Shown here: in pieces, positions 46,337 through 56,949 of the stretch
How the letters are laid out: each line of letters opens with the position of its first letter
Numbering within the stretch: the first letter of the stretch is position 1
Source: Leptonemataceae bacterium
GTDB lineage: Bacteria; Spirochaetota; Leptospiria; Leptospirales; Leptonemataceae
Reading direction: 5' to 3'
Length of the DNA: 64,000 bases
Assembly (NCBI GenBank): GCA_965227295.1
Contig: OZ245742.1
Span: 1,568,001 to 1,632,000, forward strand
The notes under the pieces: generated by a model
The model's database searches: none
What the model saw: the letters and a program-made list of their open reading frames with translations, nothing else
Told to the model about the DNA's origin: nothing
Program-made: the position numbers and the translations under genes

Positions 46337-48505
46337 TCAGTCTTCCTGGAGTCCGCGCAGGTACTTGATCAGGGCGCGGTGTTCTTCTTTTGATTGGTGG
46401 ATGTTTTCCAGGTAGTCCAGGGTGGACTCGATCCACTGCGGGTCGTCCTCGTTCTCCGTGGTAAGGAACACGCGGCGAATGTTAATGAGCGGACGCACTT
46501 CCGTGTAGCGATCGTACTTATCGTAGTACAGAAAATCGCCGACCTGGTCCTCGGTGTACTTCACGGTGTTGAGGGTGTGCATCACTTCATCGAGCCAGAT
46601 CAGGCCCTTAAAGTTTCGTTCAACATAATCTACGACTTTTTGAATCTGGCCGGGTACGACGAGTTGTTTCTCCCGGGGACCGCGGACGACTTTTTTCTTA
46701 CGGGACTTGCGTTTCTTCTCCGGCGTCGGCGCCTCGCTGCCGCCCCCGTCGTCCCCGGAATCTTCGCGCCGGCGCTTCGGCGCCCCGCCGAACAGAGAGG
46801 ACAGCCAGGCCAGGAAGCGTGACCAGAACGACATGGCGGCGCGTTCCTTGCGCAGGCGTTCCTTTTCCTGCTCGGCCTCCCAGTCGCGAATGGCCCGGGA
46901 CAGGGCGATCTGCTCGTCGATGATGTCGCCGGGGGTTACACCTTCCTGGACGTCCTTTAAGAGATCGTAGATGCCGTTTTCGTAGCCGTTACTCCGGCAA
47001 AACAGATGCACGTAGTTCCGGCGTTGCGGGTTGCGAATGAAGGCCTGCGGCAAGTTCGCGCGGAAGATGAAGTAGACGCCCTTCGCCGTACGACCGTCCG
47101 GCAGACGGCGGCGCTCTTCCATACTGGCGATGTCGTCGTGTCCCTTCATGCGCTCCACGACCGCTTTGTACAACTCTTTGCGGGGAATGTACGAATCCAC
47201 GGAACGATCCGGAACCTCGAAGGTGCCTTCACTGAACAGCACCGGTTCGAATTGCATATTGAGCTTCAGAATCGTTTGCTGTGTAACCAGATCGACCAGA
47301 TACTCCCGGCGGACCTCGCGAACCTTGCGCACCTGCTTCATTAAAGTGGTGTAACATTCCAGGAATGTGGGCGCGTCCTGCCAGGAATCGCCTTCGAGAA
47401 ACGACGGGTGTTTCTTCAGTTCTTCCAGGTAACGTTCGTCCTGGCCGGCGCCTTTGGGTTGGATCCAGGTCGTTTCTTCCCGCGGCAATAACGCAAAGAG
47501 AATCTTGCGCGCCATTTGTACAAACAGCAGGTAAATATACTCTAACTCGGAGCGATGTTCTTTGACGCCGGCTTCGTCGGGCAGGGCGATGAGATTGTCC
47601 GCCGCGGGCTGGATCACGTGAAAGTCGCCCGCCAGAGGCAATAACACGGACCGCGCCGAACGTCGTTGCAACGCCTGCTCCGCTTCCGAGGAGACCTGGG
47701 TATACGTATGCAGTTCGCCGGAGAGATCGTCGGCTTTGCGGCGCAGGAGCGAAAGCATGGGAATCATGAGATCGTTGCGCGGTTTGACTTCTTCGGCTAA
47801 GTATTCATCGAACGAAAGGTTGCGCAGCATGGGTATCATCCGATTGAGTTCGGCCTGGCTGTCGCCTTTGAGGTTCTGATCGCGCAGAAAACGTTGCGTC
47901 ACCCACTGACCGAGCTGGCCCTCGCGTTCCAGTTCGGTGATGCGTTCGTCGCGTAAATGAATGTACTCCAGCACGGCGATCACACTGCCGCGCACGCAGG
48001 CCAGCTTCACCTTCGCCACCTGTTCGCCCTTAAGCGACGCCGGGCGGATGAGTACCTTCTTAACTTCCAGGCGCGTTTTGTCCTCGCTGAGCTTGACGTA
48101 CTCGAAGGGCGTGAGCGCTCCTCGTTCTTCGAGCATCTGGATGTCTTTTTCGCCCAGGTGCTGTAGTTGGTCCGGATGCGTCAGCGCCAGGTGCGACTGC
48201 TGGAACAAAAAGAAATTTTCGACGCCCTTCTGGATGGTGGCGATGTCCTTGAACGAGTGCGGGTTGAACTGAATCATCACCGCCTTGAGGTCGTCTTCGC
48301 CCATGAGGTCCGGCTCGCCGGCGAAAGCGTTGTCGATGGAAGAGGGCGTGCCCGCGTCGGCCCCGGAGATGGCCGGCACGTCCGGAGACGAACCCGCGCC
48401 GGGACTGTGACCGTCGATAAGTTCGGCCTCGTCGGGGGCGGTGCCCTGGGTATCCGTGCCGCCGGGAGCGGACTGTTCGATTTCTTCCGTTTGATCGGAA
48501 TTCAT
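46337..48505 (-). CDS. Conserved hypothetical protein (722 aa)
   Basis: Long ORF with host-like codon usage and an acidic disordered N-terminus; no recognised motif. Confidence 0.8.
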   Translation of the reverse strand: MNSDQTEEIEQSAPGGTDTQGTAPDEAELIDGHSPGAGSSPDVPAISGADAGTPSSIDNAFAGEPDLMGEDDLKAVMIQFNPHSFKDIATIQKGVENFFLFQQSHLALTHPDQLQHLGEKDIQMLEERGALTPFEYVKLSEDKTRLEVKKVLIRPASLKGEQVAKVKLACVRGSVIAVLEYIHLRDERITELEREGQLGQWVTQRFLRDQNLKGDSQAELNRMIPMLRNLSFDEYLAEEVKPRNDLMIPMLSLLRRKADDLSGELHTYTQVSSEAEQALQRRSARSVLLPLAGDFHVIQPAADNLIALPDEAGVKEHRSELEYIYLLFVQMARKILFALLPREETTWIQPKGAGQDERYLEELKKHPSFLEGDSWQDAPTFLECYTTLMKQVRKVREVRREYLVDLVTQQTILKLNMQFEPVLFSEGTFEVPDRSVDSYIPRKELYKAVVERMKGHDDIASMEERRRLPDGRTAKGVYFIFRANLPQAFIRNPQRRNYVHLFCRSNGYENGIYDLLKDVQEGVTPGDIIDEQIALSRAIRDWEAEQEKERLRKERAAMSFWSRFLAWLSSLFGGAPKRRREDSGDDGGGSEAPTPEKKRKSRKKKVVRGPREKQLVVPGQIQKVVDYVERNFKGLIWLDEVMHTLNTVKYTEDQVGDFLYYDKYDRYTEVRPLINIRRVFLTTENEDDPQWIESTLDYLENIHQSKEEHRALIKYLRGLQED

Positions 48506-48629
48506 AGGATGCGCTGCGCGACGAACAAGTCTTCAGCACAAGGCTGAGATGGGCTAAAGATAGTCCCGACTTCTCCCGACCGCGGGTGTACTACAATAAT
48601 ATTATTTTTATTATCGGCAGGGCGTGCGC

Positions 48630-49526
48630 TCAGGCCGCGGGAGTTTTGATCTCATTGCCCTCGCAGAGCAGGACCTCGGTCACCACGGGGGCGCTCTTGC
48701 CGTCGTACTCGAACGAGATGTGGTGCTGGCAATTCTTGCCGTCGTGCTTGAAGATGCGCGGCACGCGCGCGGCGTTCACGAAGACCGCGCCACCATCGTC
48801 CTGTAAGAACCAGCGTCGCTGCCCGGGTGATCCTTTGAGTCGATGATGCATGTGCCCGGCGATGACGCCCAGGACCTTCTTGCGTTTTTTGCGGGCGTGG
48901 TCCAGGGCCGCGCGCAAGTCCGGATCGCCGAAGTCGCCTTCTTCTTTCGCGAAGTCGTTGCCCCAGATGTCCTCGCGTTGCATGCCGAGGCCGGTGGGAC
49001 CGTTGTGCGCGAGAAAGAGGATCGGCGATTTGCACTCCTCCACGATTTCCATGAGCCGGTTTGCCGCCGCGTCCAGGTCGCCGATGCCGAAGCGCTGGCG
49101 CAGATACGGATAGAACGCGCACGTCGGCCCGCCCATACTGTGAGGCCGCGCGCCGACCAGGTCTAACTTCACCCCGTTGAACTCCAGGGCGTGGCGGGAA
49201 AAACCTACGAGGCGCACGCGTCCGAGGGCCTTCTCGAAATCTTTCATCATCGTAGCCTGGTGTGGAGCGTAGCGTTCAATGCGTGCGTGATTCTGTCGCA
49301 GCTCCGCGAGCAACTGCCATACGCTCACACCGTCGTGATTGCCCGGAATCAGATACGCCGGCTTTTCAATGCGTGCGATTTCCCGCGCGATTTCGTCGAG
49401 GCCGCGGTGCGTCCGGCCGGGAAGATCGCCGACGAAGAGGACGGCGTCGTACGACGAAGAGTTGAAGTAGGCCACGTCCACTTCGTTCCAGGCTTTGTGA
49501 ATGTCTCCGATGACGGCAAGTTTCAT
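48630..49526 (-). CDS. Calcineurin-like metallophosphoesterase
   Basis: GDIH, GD, GNHD, AHNGP and GHMH motifs. Confidence 0.9.
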   Translation of the reverse strand: MKLAVIGDIHKAWNEVDVAYFNSSSYDAVLFVGDLPGRTHRGLDEIAREIARIEKPAYLIPGNHDGVSVWQLLAELRQNHARIERYAPHQATMMKDFEKALGRVRLVGFSRHALEFNGVKLDLVGARPHSMGGPTCAFYPYLRQRFGIGDLDAAANRLMEIVEECKSPILFLAHNGPTGLGMQREDIWGNDFAKEEGDFGDPDLRAALDHARKKRKKVLGVIAGHMHHRLKGSPGQRRWFLQDDGGAVFVNAARVPRIFKHDGKNCQHHISFEYDGKSAPVVTEVLLCEGNEIKTPAA

Positions 49527-49637
49527 GAGCAACGCATGCAGTAAGATTGGACGGCCAGATTTTACGGGCGGTCCGTGGGGAAAAGGAAAAATAAAAATAA
49601 GCGGACGTCGTGTGAAAAATCAAGGAGATTGTATGCA

Positions 49638-50294
49638 GTGATAACCGCCGTCGCTCTTACCAAATCTTACGGAGACTACGAGGTACTTCGCGGCCTGGAT
49701 TGCGACATTGCCACGGGCAGCTTCGTCGCCGTCATGGGCGATTCCGGCAGCGGCAAGACCACGTTTCTGAATCTGCTCGCCGGCCTCGATCAGGCGGACG
49801 GTGGTACGCTCACGGTGGCCGGCGAAGAACCGGCGCGGCTGAAGATCGGCGCACTCGTCGACTACCGGCGCCGCAACGTCGGCATGATCTTCCAGGATTT
49901 CAACTTATTGCCGACGTTGAGTGTATACGAAAACGTTACGCTCCCGATTTTGCTGCGGGGCGAACGGCTGAGCAGCGAAGTGGCAGAGCGCGCCCGGGAA
50001 ACCCTGCGTCGTGTGGGGCTCACGGAAAAACTACGGCGCCTGCCCGAAACGTTGTCCGGCGGCGAGATGCAGCGCGTATCCATTGCCCGGGCGCTCTGCC
50101 TGCGTCCGAAGCTCCTGCTTGCCGACGAACCCACCGGCAGCCTGGACTCGCGCAACAGCGACGAGATCCTGAATCTACTAATCGAAATCAATCGTGACTT
50201 AGAGTTGACCGTGGTGATGGTCACGCACTCGCGCGGGGCCGCACAGCGAGCCGGCCGCGTCCTCTCGATGGAGGACGGTCGTTTTCGTGATTGA
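49638..50294 (+). CDS. ABC transporter ATP-binding protein (LolD/AttE-like)
   Basis: GDSGSGKT, LSGGEMQR, LLADEPTGSLD and MVTH. Confidence 0.95.
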   Translation: MITAVALTKSYGDYEVLRGLDCDIATGSFVAVMGDSGSGKTTFLNLLAGLDQADGGTLTVAGEEPARLKIGALVDYRRRNVGMIFQDFNLLPTLSVYENVTLPILLRGERLSSEVAERARETLRRVGLTEKLRRLPETLSGGEMQRVSIARALCLRPKLLLADEPTGSLDSRNSDEILNLLIEINRDLELTVVMVTHSRGAAQRAGRVLSMEDGRFRD

Positions 50295-52836
50295 TGCATT
50301 GCGCGAAGGCACGCGATCGTTCGCCGCGATTTTTCGCGCGCTGACGTTTCGATATTACCGCCGGCATCCGGGGCGCTTCTGGTTGTGTGCCGCGGGGCTC
50401 GCCGCCGGAGTCGCCGTGGCGGGCTCCATCAATCTCACCAACGCGCGCGTCATCGAATCTTTCGAAGCTTCGATGGAGACGCTCTCCGGCGATTCCAACC
50501 TGCGCCTCAGGGACGAGCGCGGCCTCGCGCCGGAAGATCTGCGGCAATTGCGCTGGCTCTGGAAGTACGGTCGCTTCTCGCCTTACATTACGTTCAACGC
50601 AAGTTACCGCGATGCTGACGGTAACTTGCGCGGAGTTACCGTTTACGGTTTTGATTTCATCGGCGGGGCGCGCCTGCGTCGTTTCGCCCTGCGGGAGAAC
50701 GAGGACGCCGCCCGGGGCGATCCCCCGGCCCTGGACGGCCTCATCGTACCCGTGGACTCGCCGCTCGGAAACGCCGGAGATGTCATCGAGCTCATCGTCG
50801 ACGCCCGTTCGCGGGAGTACCGCATCGCACGTGTGCTGGAAGATGTGAACGGCAATGTCCCGCCGGCGGGCACCGCGTACATGGACCTCGGTCTGGCCCT
50901 GGAGCTGCGCGAACGACTGAGCGGCGTCGACGTCTTCGTGCCGCCGGAAGAACTGGAACACGTTCGGGCGCGGCTCGCAGAGATTTTTCCCCGCGCGGAA
51001 GTCAGCACCCTGCGCGAACGAAAGGACATTACCCGGGACATGCTCGCGGCGTTTCAAATGAACCTCCAGGCCCTGGGCGTCATCGCGCTGCTCGTGAGCG
51101 CCTATCTCGTATACAACACCGTGAACATCAGCGTCGTCCAGCGAGAAGCATTCATCGCCTCGCTCTATACCCTGGGCGCCGGTCGCCGGGACATCTTTCT
51201 CGCGCTCATCGCCGAGGGTTTGTTTCTGGGAATCGCGGGCGGCGTAATCGGTCTCGTGTTCGGGTACGCGCTCTCGCTCTTAGCTTACGAAGAAGTGTCA
51301 TTAACGCTTGCGACGGTCTTTCGCCTGGAATCCGTGCGTGGCGACGGCAGCGGCCTCGCGGCCCTCTTCGGGGCTTTCGGCATCGGCGTGCTGTTTTCCG
51401 CCGTGGCGGCCTGGTTGCCGGCGTACCGCGCGTCCCGGGCGCCGCTGGCGCGCACGCGTCGTTCCGGGCGCAGCGAGTACAGCCCGCGCCTCATCGTTGT
51501 TTGCATGATCGGCGCGCTGGTTTTCGTCGCGCTGTTCCTCGGTTTCTACGAACTGGCGCACCTTTATCGATCGCCGCGGCCCGGCTTCGGGGCCGTCGCC
51601 GCGTTGATCGGCATCCTGAGTTCTCTCGCGCCGCCCGGATTGTACCTGAGCGCGCAGATCGCGCGGCGCTTTCGCAGCAGCGGGGCGGCGCGCCTGGCCG
51701 CGGCGGCGGCCCGTGAACATATCGTCCGCATCTCGGTGGCCGTAGCCGCACTTGCGATTACATTAAGCATGGCCGGCGCGGTCAGTGTGATGGTGCACTC
51801 CTTTCGCGGTACCGTACAGAGCTGGCTCAGCACGGCCATCGTGGCGGATATTTACATCAAGTCGGAGGCGGGAGACGCGGACATCACCGGCGCGGTAAGC
51901 CCGCAAGCCGTGGCCGCCATCGCCGCGCACGCACAGGTGGACGAGATCATCACGATCCGCAGCGTGCGTACTCTTTACAGTGGTGCGGGAACGCGACCGG
52001 GCGGAGAGGTCGTTTATGTGGGCGCGAACGAAATGGAAGCCGCGTCCCGGCGCATGCGTTTTTCCTTCGTGGAAGGGACGACCGCGGACATGCGCACGGC
52101 CGCGCGGCAGAACGGCGTCATCATCAGCGAGGTCTTTTCGAATCGCTACGACGTGCACCGCGGAGATGTTGTAACATTGTTTCAACGAAAGTTTACCGTA
52201 CACGGGGTGTACCGCAGTTATTCCTCCGAGCGCGGCTATGTAATGATGGACGTCGCGCTTTTCGGCGAGGTCCTGGAGCCGCGGTCGCCCACCGGCGTGG
52301 CCGTCTTCGTGCGTCCCGGCGCCGATCCGCAGACGGTGCTTCGGGAAATTCGCGCGAAAACGAACGACTTCGCGTTGAGCATGTCGTTGTCCCGGGACAT
52401 CCGCGCGAAGGCCCTCGCGATTTTCGATCAAACGTTCCGGCTTACGTACATCCTGCAATTGATCGCGGGCGGGATCGCGGCGTTGTCCGTGGTTACGACG
52501 CTCACGGCCCTGGCCCTGGAACGGCGCCGGGACTTCGCGACCCTCCAGGCCCTGGGCGCCCGTCCCGGCGCGCTGGACCGCGCCATGGCCTGCGAGTCGC
52601 AACTCATCGCCTGGTCGGCGCTCCTGATCTCGATACCCGGCGCGATATTGCTGGCATTGTTGTTGATCAAGGTCATCAATCGATACTCCTTCGGCTGGAC
52701 CATCGAAACCGGCGTGCCGTTTTTTGAATTGGCCCTTTCCGCCCTGGGCATTGCCGTGCTGGCGCTCTTTGCGGCCTGGGGACCCATCCGCATGATTCGC
52801 CGGCAGAATACCGCCGCCATTCTCAAACGCGAGTAG
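50287..52836 (+). CDS. FtsX/MacB-like ABC permease (AttF/G-like)
   Basis: Two FtsX-type TM repeats, each with a periplasmic domain; 849 aa. Confidence 0.9.
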   Translation: MIDALREGTRSFAAIFRALTFRYYRRHPGRFWLCAAGLAAGVAVAGSINLTNARVIESFEASMETLSGDSNLRLRDERGLAPEDLRQLRWLWKYGRFSPYITFNASYRDADGNLRGVTVYGFDFIGGARLRRFALRENEDAARGDPPALDGLIVPVDSPLGNAGDVIELIVDARSREYRIARVLEDVNGNVPPAGTAYMDLGLALELRERLSGVDVFVPPEELEHVRARLAEIFPRAEVSTLRERKDITRDMLAAFQMNLQALGVIALLVSAYLVYNTVNISVVQREAFIASLYTLGAGRRDIFLALIAEGLFLGIAGGVIGLVFGYALSLLAYEEVSLTLATVFRLESVRGDGSGLAALFGAFGIGVLFSAVAAWLPAYRASRAPLARTRRSGRSEYSPRLIVVCMIGALVFVALFLGFYELAHLYRSPRPGFGAVAALIGILSSLAPPGLYLSAQIARRFRSSGAARLAAAAAREHIVRISVAVAALAITLSMAGAVSVMVHSFRGTVQSWLSTAIVADIYIKSEAGDADITGAVSPQAVAAIAAHAQVDEIITIRSVRTLYSGAGTRPGGEVVYVGANEMEAASRRMRFSFVEGTTADMRTAARQNGVIISEVFSNRYDVHRGDVVTLFQRKFTVHGVYRSYSSERGYVMMDVALFGEVLEPRSPTGVAVFVRPGADPQTVLREIRAKTNDFALSMSLSRDIRAKALAIFDQTFRLTYILQLIAGGIAALSVVTTLTALALERRRDFATLQALGARPGALDRAMACESQLIAWSALLISIPGAILLALLLIKVINRYSFGWTIETGVPFFELALSALGIAVLALFAAWGPIRMIRRQNTAAILKRE

Positions 52837-52840
52837 GCTA

Positions 52841-54034
52841 ATGTCAAATCAGCGAAAGTTAGCAACGATTTGCGTGCTCTGTCTCGCCGGCGTGTCCGTC
52901 TACGGCCGGGACTTCTACGAACCGGAACGACCCCGCGCCGACGGCTATCGCTACGCGCGTCCGGGCTACGTCTACGATTTGCAGCGGGACCTGCGCCCGC
53001 GCCCGGCCTATCGCACGAACTGGTGGTACTACACCGGGCATCTCTATGCGCGGGACGGCCGGCGCTTCGGCTTTCAGTATACGATCTTCAAAATCGAAAA
53101 CAGTCCGAATCCCCGGGAGGACTATCGGCAGGCCGGGGTCTTTTACATGGTGCACGCCGCCGTGAGCGACGATGCGGCCGGGCGCTACGTGTTCAACGAA
53201 ACACTGCAGCGATTCTTCCCGGGCATTGCCGGCTACGAGGAAAGCACGCAGACCATCTTCGTCGAGAACAACACGCTGCGAATTACGGAGGGCGGACGCC
53301 GGCACGAACTGCAATTGCGCACGGAGGAAATCGAACTGGACCTGGATCTCACGAGCGCGGGGGGCCCGGTCTATCACGGAAGAAACGGGGCGAGTCCTAA
53401 AGGTACAGGCGCCGATAGTTACTCGCACTATCTTTCATACACCGATCTCAAGCCGTCGAAGCCCGGTCGTCTGATGCTGAAGCGCGACGGGGGCCGGCCC
53501 GAAGAGTACACAATTACCCGGGCCGGCGTATGGATGGACATTGAGTTTGCGAGTAACGCCCTGGCAGACGATCAGATCGGCTGGGACTGGTTGCATACGA
53601 GCCTGGAGAACGGTGAACGTTTCATGCTGTTTCGCGTACGATCCGATCGGGGCGCGCATTACTACAGTGGAACGTACATCGCTTCCGACGGGCGGACGAT
53701 CACACTGACTGCCGATCACATTACATTAACGCCCGGCGCAACCTGGGCCTCGCCGCGCAGCGGGGCGGTCTATCCGGTGTACTGGACGGTCCGGGTACGC
53801 CTGCCCGGCACGGGCGAAAAACCGGACCGGGAGTATGAACTGAACGTGGAGCCCTGGTTCGCGGCCCAGGAAGCCGGCTCCAGGCTTTCGGGAACGAGTT
53901 ATTGGGAGGGGGCCGTGGACGTAACTGCTACTGTGCGTACGTTAGAGTCGAACGCCGCAACGAGCCGGGAAGTCCGCGGCCTGGGTTATCTGGAGCTCAC
54001 CGGATACGGCGAATCCATGCGCGGTCGCCTGTGA
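52841..54034 (+). CDS. AttH/CrtC-like lipocalin-fold secreted protein
   Basis: WWYYTGHL, FGFQ.T.F, WMD.EF, GWDW, W.SP.SGA.YP, YWEG and GYLELTGY. Confidence 0.88.
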   Translation: MSNQRKLATICVLCLAGVSVYGRDFYEPERPRADGYRYARPGYVYDLQRDLRPRPAYRTNWWYYTGHLYARDGRRFGFQYTIFKIENSPNPREDYRQAGVFYMVHAAVSDDAAGRYVFNETLQRFFPGIAGYEESTQTIFVENNTLRITEGGRRHELQLRTEEIELDLDLTSAGGPVYHGRNGASPKGTGADSYSHYLSYTDLKPSKPGRLMLKRDGGRPEEYTITRAGVWMDIEFASNALADDQIGWDWLHTSLENGERFMLFRVRSDRGAHYYSGTYIASDGRTITLTADHITLTPGATWASPRSGAVYPVYWTVRVRLPGTGEKPDREYELNVEPWFAAQEAGSRLSGTSYWEGAVDVTATVRTLESNAATSREVRGLGYLELTGYGESMRGRL

Positions 54035-54190
54035 GCCGTCCCGGAGGTTTCATCACTTTCGATAATTTAATGTTCCTTTAATATCTCTCTGCGGCGGTCG
54101 CTCTCAAAAAAAAGCGCACATGGAATAAACTTAACTACTTGACGGAAGGTCGGATGGAGGCACCATTTCGACGCAGGACAGAGGGGATTC

Positions 54191-54562
54191 ATGCATCAAG
54201 AGCCGGCCACCAATTTCGACAGCTTTCCGGATCGCGCCGTAGATCGCGAAGCGCGTCTGCGGACGATTACCCGCGGCACCTCCGTAAGGCTCATCTTCTC
54301 GGGAGCGCTGGACCTGTACTCCGCCGGTAGCATGAAAGAAGAAGTCGAGGACACCCTTTCCGCCGACGTCACTTCCCTCACCATCGATCTTTCGCGGGTC
54401 TGTGAAATGGACTCCTCCGGTATCGGACTCGTCTTTCTCTGCAAGGCGCGCATGACGGAACGCCGCGGCAACTTTGCCATCCACGGAGCATCGCCGCGCA
54501 TCGCCCGGCTGCTGAACATCGTCAGCCCCGGCGTCTATCGTGACCGCGCCACCCCGGCGTAA
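54191..54562 (+). CDS. STAS-domain protein
   Basis: GALD...IDLSRVCEMDSSGIG. Confidence 0.85.
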   Translation: MHQEPATNFDSFPDRAVDREARLRTITRGTSVRLIFSGALDLYSAGSMKEEVEDTLSADVTSLTIDLSRVCEMDSSGIGLVFLCKARMTERRGNFAIHGASPRIARLLNIVSPGVYRDRATPA

Positions 54563-54625
54563 TTTTTGTCTTCCCCGTCGCGGAATTGGTTGCCCTGACC
54601 ATCTGCCCGCGTTGCGCTTCTCCGA

Positions 54626-55771
54626 ATGAGTCGTCCTCCCGTCGTCGCCCGGGCCCCGGGCCGCATTTGTCTGTTTGGTGAGCACCAGGACTATCTCGGA
54701 TTGCCGGTCATCGCCATGGCCGTGGACCGCTACTTTACCATCGAGTACCGCCCCCTGGACGGCGAGCGTCGTTTTACCATCCACACGCCGGACCTGCCGG
54801 ATCGTGAGCCGACACAACTGGACCTGGAAGCGTCGGAGCCGCGCAATGCCGAGGACTACTGCTGGGGCATCGGCCAGGTCCTGCTCGAAGAGGGCTTTGA
54901 GTTTCCCCGGGGCGGCAACGTCATCTTTCGTTCGAACATACCGTTTCGCGCGGGTTGCTCCTCATCCTCGGCCATGAGCGCGGCCTGGATGCGTTTGCTG
55001 CTGGAGATCGGCCGGCATCCGGAGCGGGAGCGTTATATTCAGGAACCCGAGCGGGCCGCGTACCTTGTGTATCGTGGGGAGAAAGAAAAGTTTCACGGCG
55101 CGGGTGGGATGATGGACCAGTACACCTGCTATCTGGGCGGGTTGGTGCACGTTTTCCCGCGCGAGGCATCCGGCGGCGAACTGCCGTATGGTGTGGAGCG
55201 ACTCGCGGCGACGAGTCTCCAGGATGTTGTGCTGATCGACAGCGGCCAGCCCAAGGACACCCAGGGCGTACTATCTTCCGTGGGCGATCGGGCTCGCGCG
55301 GCCGTGCGTGCGGCGGAGGCCGCCATTCCCGGTTTCGATCTCACGCAAATGAGCCTGGCGGACTTCGATGCCGTCGCGGAGCGGATCAACGACGCCGCGG
55401 CGCGGAGCATTGTTCGAGATCATATCATCAACCGCGATCTGTGTCGCGAGGGCCTGGAACTCTTTCGGAGCGGACATCTGACCCCGGAGCGGCAGGAGCG
55501 ACTGGGCGCGCTCTTAACTGAGGAACATCGCGTGTTAGCGCAGACCCTGGGGATCTCCACGCCGTTGATCGACGAACTGCAACTGCGCTGTAACGCCCTG
55601 GGCGCGGCGGGCGGCAAGATCAACGGCTCCGGCGGCGGGGGAACCCTGTTTTGCTACGCCCCGGGCGCCGCCGAGGCCGTGGCAGACGGCGTAGAGGAGG
55701 CCTACGGCTCCCGCGGGGTCCGCTGCCACCGCGTTCGGGAGGCCCCTGGCGCCGAAATCATTTCGAATTGA
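54626..55771 (+). CDS. GHMP-family sugar kinase (galactokinase-like)
   Basis: APGRICLFGEHQDY, P..AGCSSSSA, GGMMDQ and KINGSGGGG. Confidence 0.9.
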   Translation: MSRPPVVARAPGRICLFGEHQDYLGLPVIAMAVDRYFTIEYRPLDGERRFTIHTPDLPDREPTQLDLEASEPRNAEDYCWGIGQVLLEEGFEFPRGGNVIFRSNIPFRAGCSSSSAMSAAWMRLLLEIGRHPERERYIQEPERAAYLVYRGEKEKFHGAGGMMDQYTCYLGGLVHVFPREASGGELPYGVERLAATSLQDVVLIDSGQPKDTQGVLSSVGDRARAAVRAAEAAIPGFDLTQMSLADFDAVAERINDAAARSIVRDHIINRDLCREGLELFRSGHLTPERQERLGALLTEEHRVLAQTLGISTPLIDELQLRCNALGAAGGKINGSGGGGTLFCYAPGAAEAVADGVEEAYGSRGVRCHRVREAPGAEIISN

Positions 55772-55804
55772 CCGCGTAGTGCACCGCAAAAAAATGGCCG
55801 GACT

Positions 55805-55999
55805 ATGCGTTACTCGATCTGGAGAGTTGGCCCGGGAGGCACCGGATTTCAGCTGAATACGGTCGGCGCGACCACGAGCAAGGAACGGGCCATCGCCAAG
55901 GTGCAGCTGTACAACGAACGGCTGAAACAGAGCGATCCCGAGTCCGAAGACCGGTTTATCGCGAAGGACGAGAAGGGTCGGGAACTCAAAATCGCCTGA
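55805..55999 (+). CDS. Small hypothetical protein
   Basis: 64-aa ORF with host-like codon usage filling the intergenic gap. Confidence 0.65.
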   Translation: MRYSIWRVGPGGTGFQLNTVGATTSKERAIAKVQLYNERLKQSDPESEDRFIAKDEKGRELKIA

Positions 56000-56066
56000 C
56001 GCACCACCGCCGTCCGGTGCGGAAATCATTAAGCTTCGCGGATGAATGCCGATTCTGTAATCAGGC

Positions 56067-56294
56067 ATGCATTCGCACACCGAATCCCCCTCCGCCGCTA
56101 CGGCCGCCGCCGAAGAAGCGCTGGCGGATTTCGTTTCTTTTGAAGAGACCTTTCTGTGTCCCGGCTGCGAGCGGCCCCTGCCGCTCCTGGTGCAACCCGT
56201 GCATCTTTCCATGGAAATCCGCTGCCCCCGCTGCGGCCGGCAATTGACGAACATGATTCGCCGGGCGATCCGGCGTCAGGCGATGTCCTCTTGA
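56067..56294 (+). CDS. Small putative zinc-ribbon protein
   Basis: CPGC...CPRC. Confidence 0.55.
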   Translation: MHSHTESPSAATAAAEEALADFVSFEETFLCPGCERPLPLLVQPVHLSMEIRCPRCGRQLTNMIRRAIRRQAMSS

Positions 56295-56318
56295 GGCGCT
56301 CGCCTTAATGGCCGGCGT

Positions 56319-56918
56319 TCAGCTCCCGCGCACCGTCATAATCTTCTGCACGTACTTGCCGAGCACGTCGAACTCCAGGTTGATGCGCGAGCCCGGGCGC
56401 CAGCCCTGGATGTCCGTGTGTTCCCTGGTATACGGAATGATCGCGACGGTGAGGGTGTGCTGCTTCGCATCGTTGCGGGCCACTGTCAGCGAGATGCCGT
56501 TTAAGCAGATGCTGCCCTTCTCGACGATCAGTTCTTCGTACTCCGGCGCGTAGCGGACCGTAATCTCCTGGCTGCCGTCGCGGTCGACGATCTCCGTAAC
56601 TTCGCCGACGGCGTCCACGTGGCCCTGGACGAAGTGCCCGTCCAGGCGACCACCCACCGGCATGGCGCGTTCGAGGTTTACCCGGTCGCCGGCCTTGAGA
56701 TCACCCAGCATGCTGCGCGCCAGGGTTTCGGCGATGGCCGTTACGCGATAGCGTTCCCCCTCGACGGCTTCCACCGTGAGACAGACGCCGTTGTGTGCCA
56801 CGCTTTCTTCCACGCGAAATTCCGGCGCGATCTTTGCCTGAAAGTGAAAGATGCGATTGCTGCCGTTCGTTTCCACGCGATCGACGGCGGCGACGGTTTC
56901 GATGATGCCGGTGAACAT
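56319..56918 (-). CDS. ribE: Riboflavin synthase (alpha chain)
   Basis: MFTGIIE, NGVCLTV, VNLERA, GHFVQGHVD, KGSI..NGISLT and INLEFD. Confidence 0.97.
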   Translation of the reverse strand: MFTGIIETVAAVDRVETNGSNRIFHFQAKIAPEFRVEESVAHNGVCLTVEAVEGERYRVTAIAETLARSMLGDLKAGDRVNLERAMPVGGRLDGHFVQGHVDAVGEVTEIVDRDGSQEITVRYAPEYEELIVEKGSICLNGISLTVARNDAKQHTLTVAIIPYTREHTDIQGWRPGSRINLEFDVLGKYVQKIMTVRGS

Positions 56919-56949
56919 ATTTGTAAGAAGCGCGGGAGGCCCGGCACCG

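Noticed and set aside
46311-46340. Hairpin CTGAGG...CCTCAG as a third repeat copy
   Set aside because: The sequence does not match the 16-bp terminus and the stem is short and imperfect.
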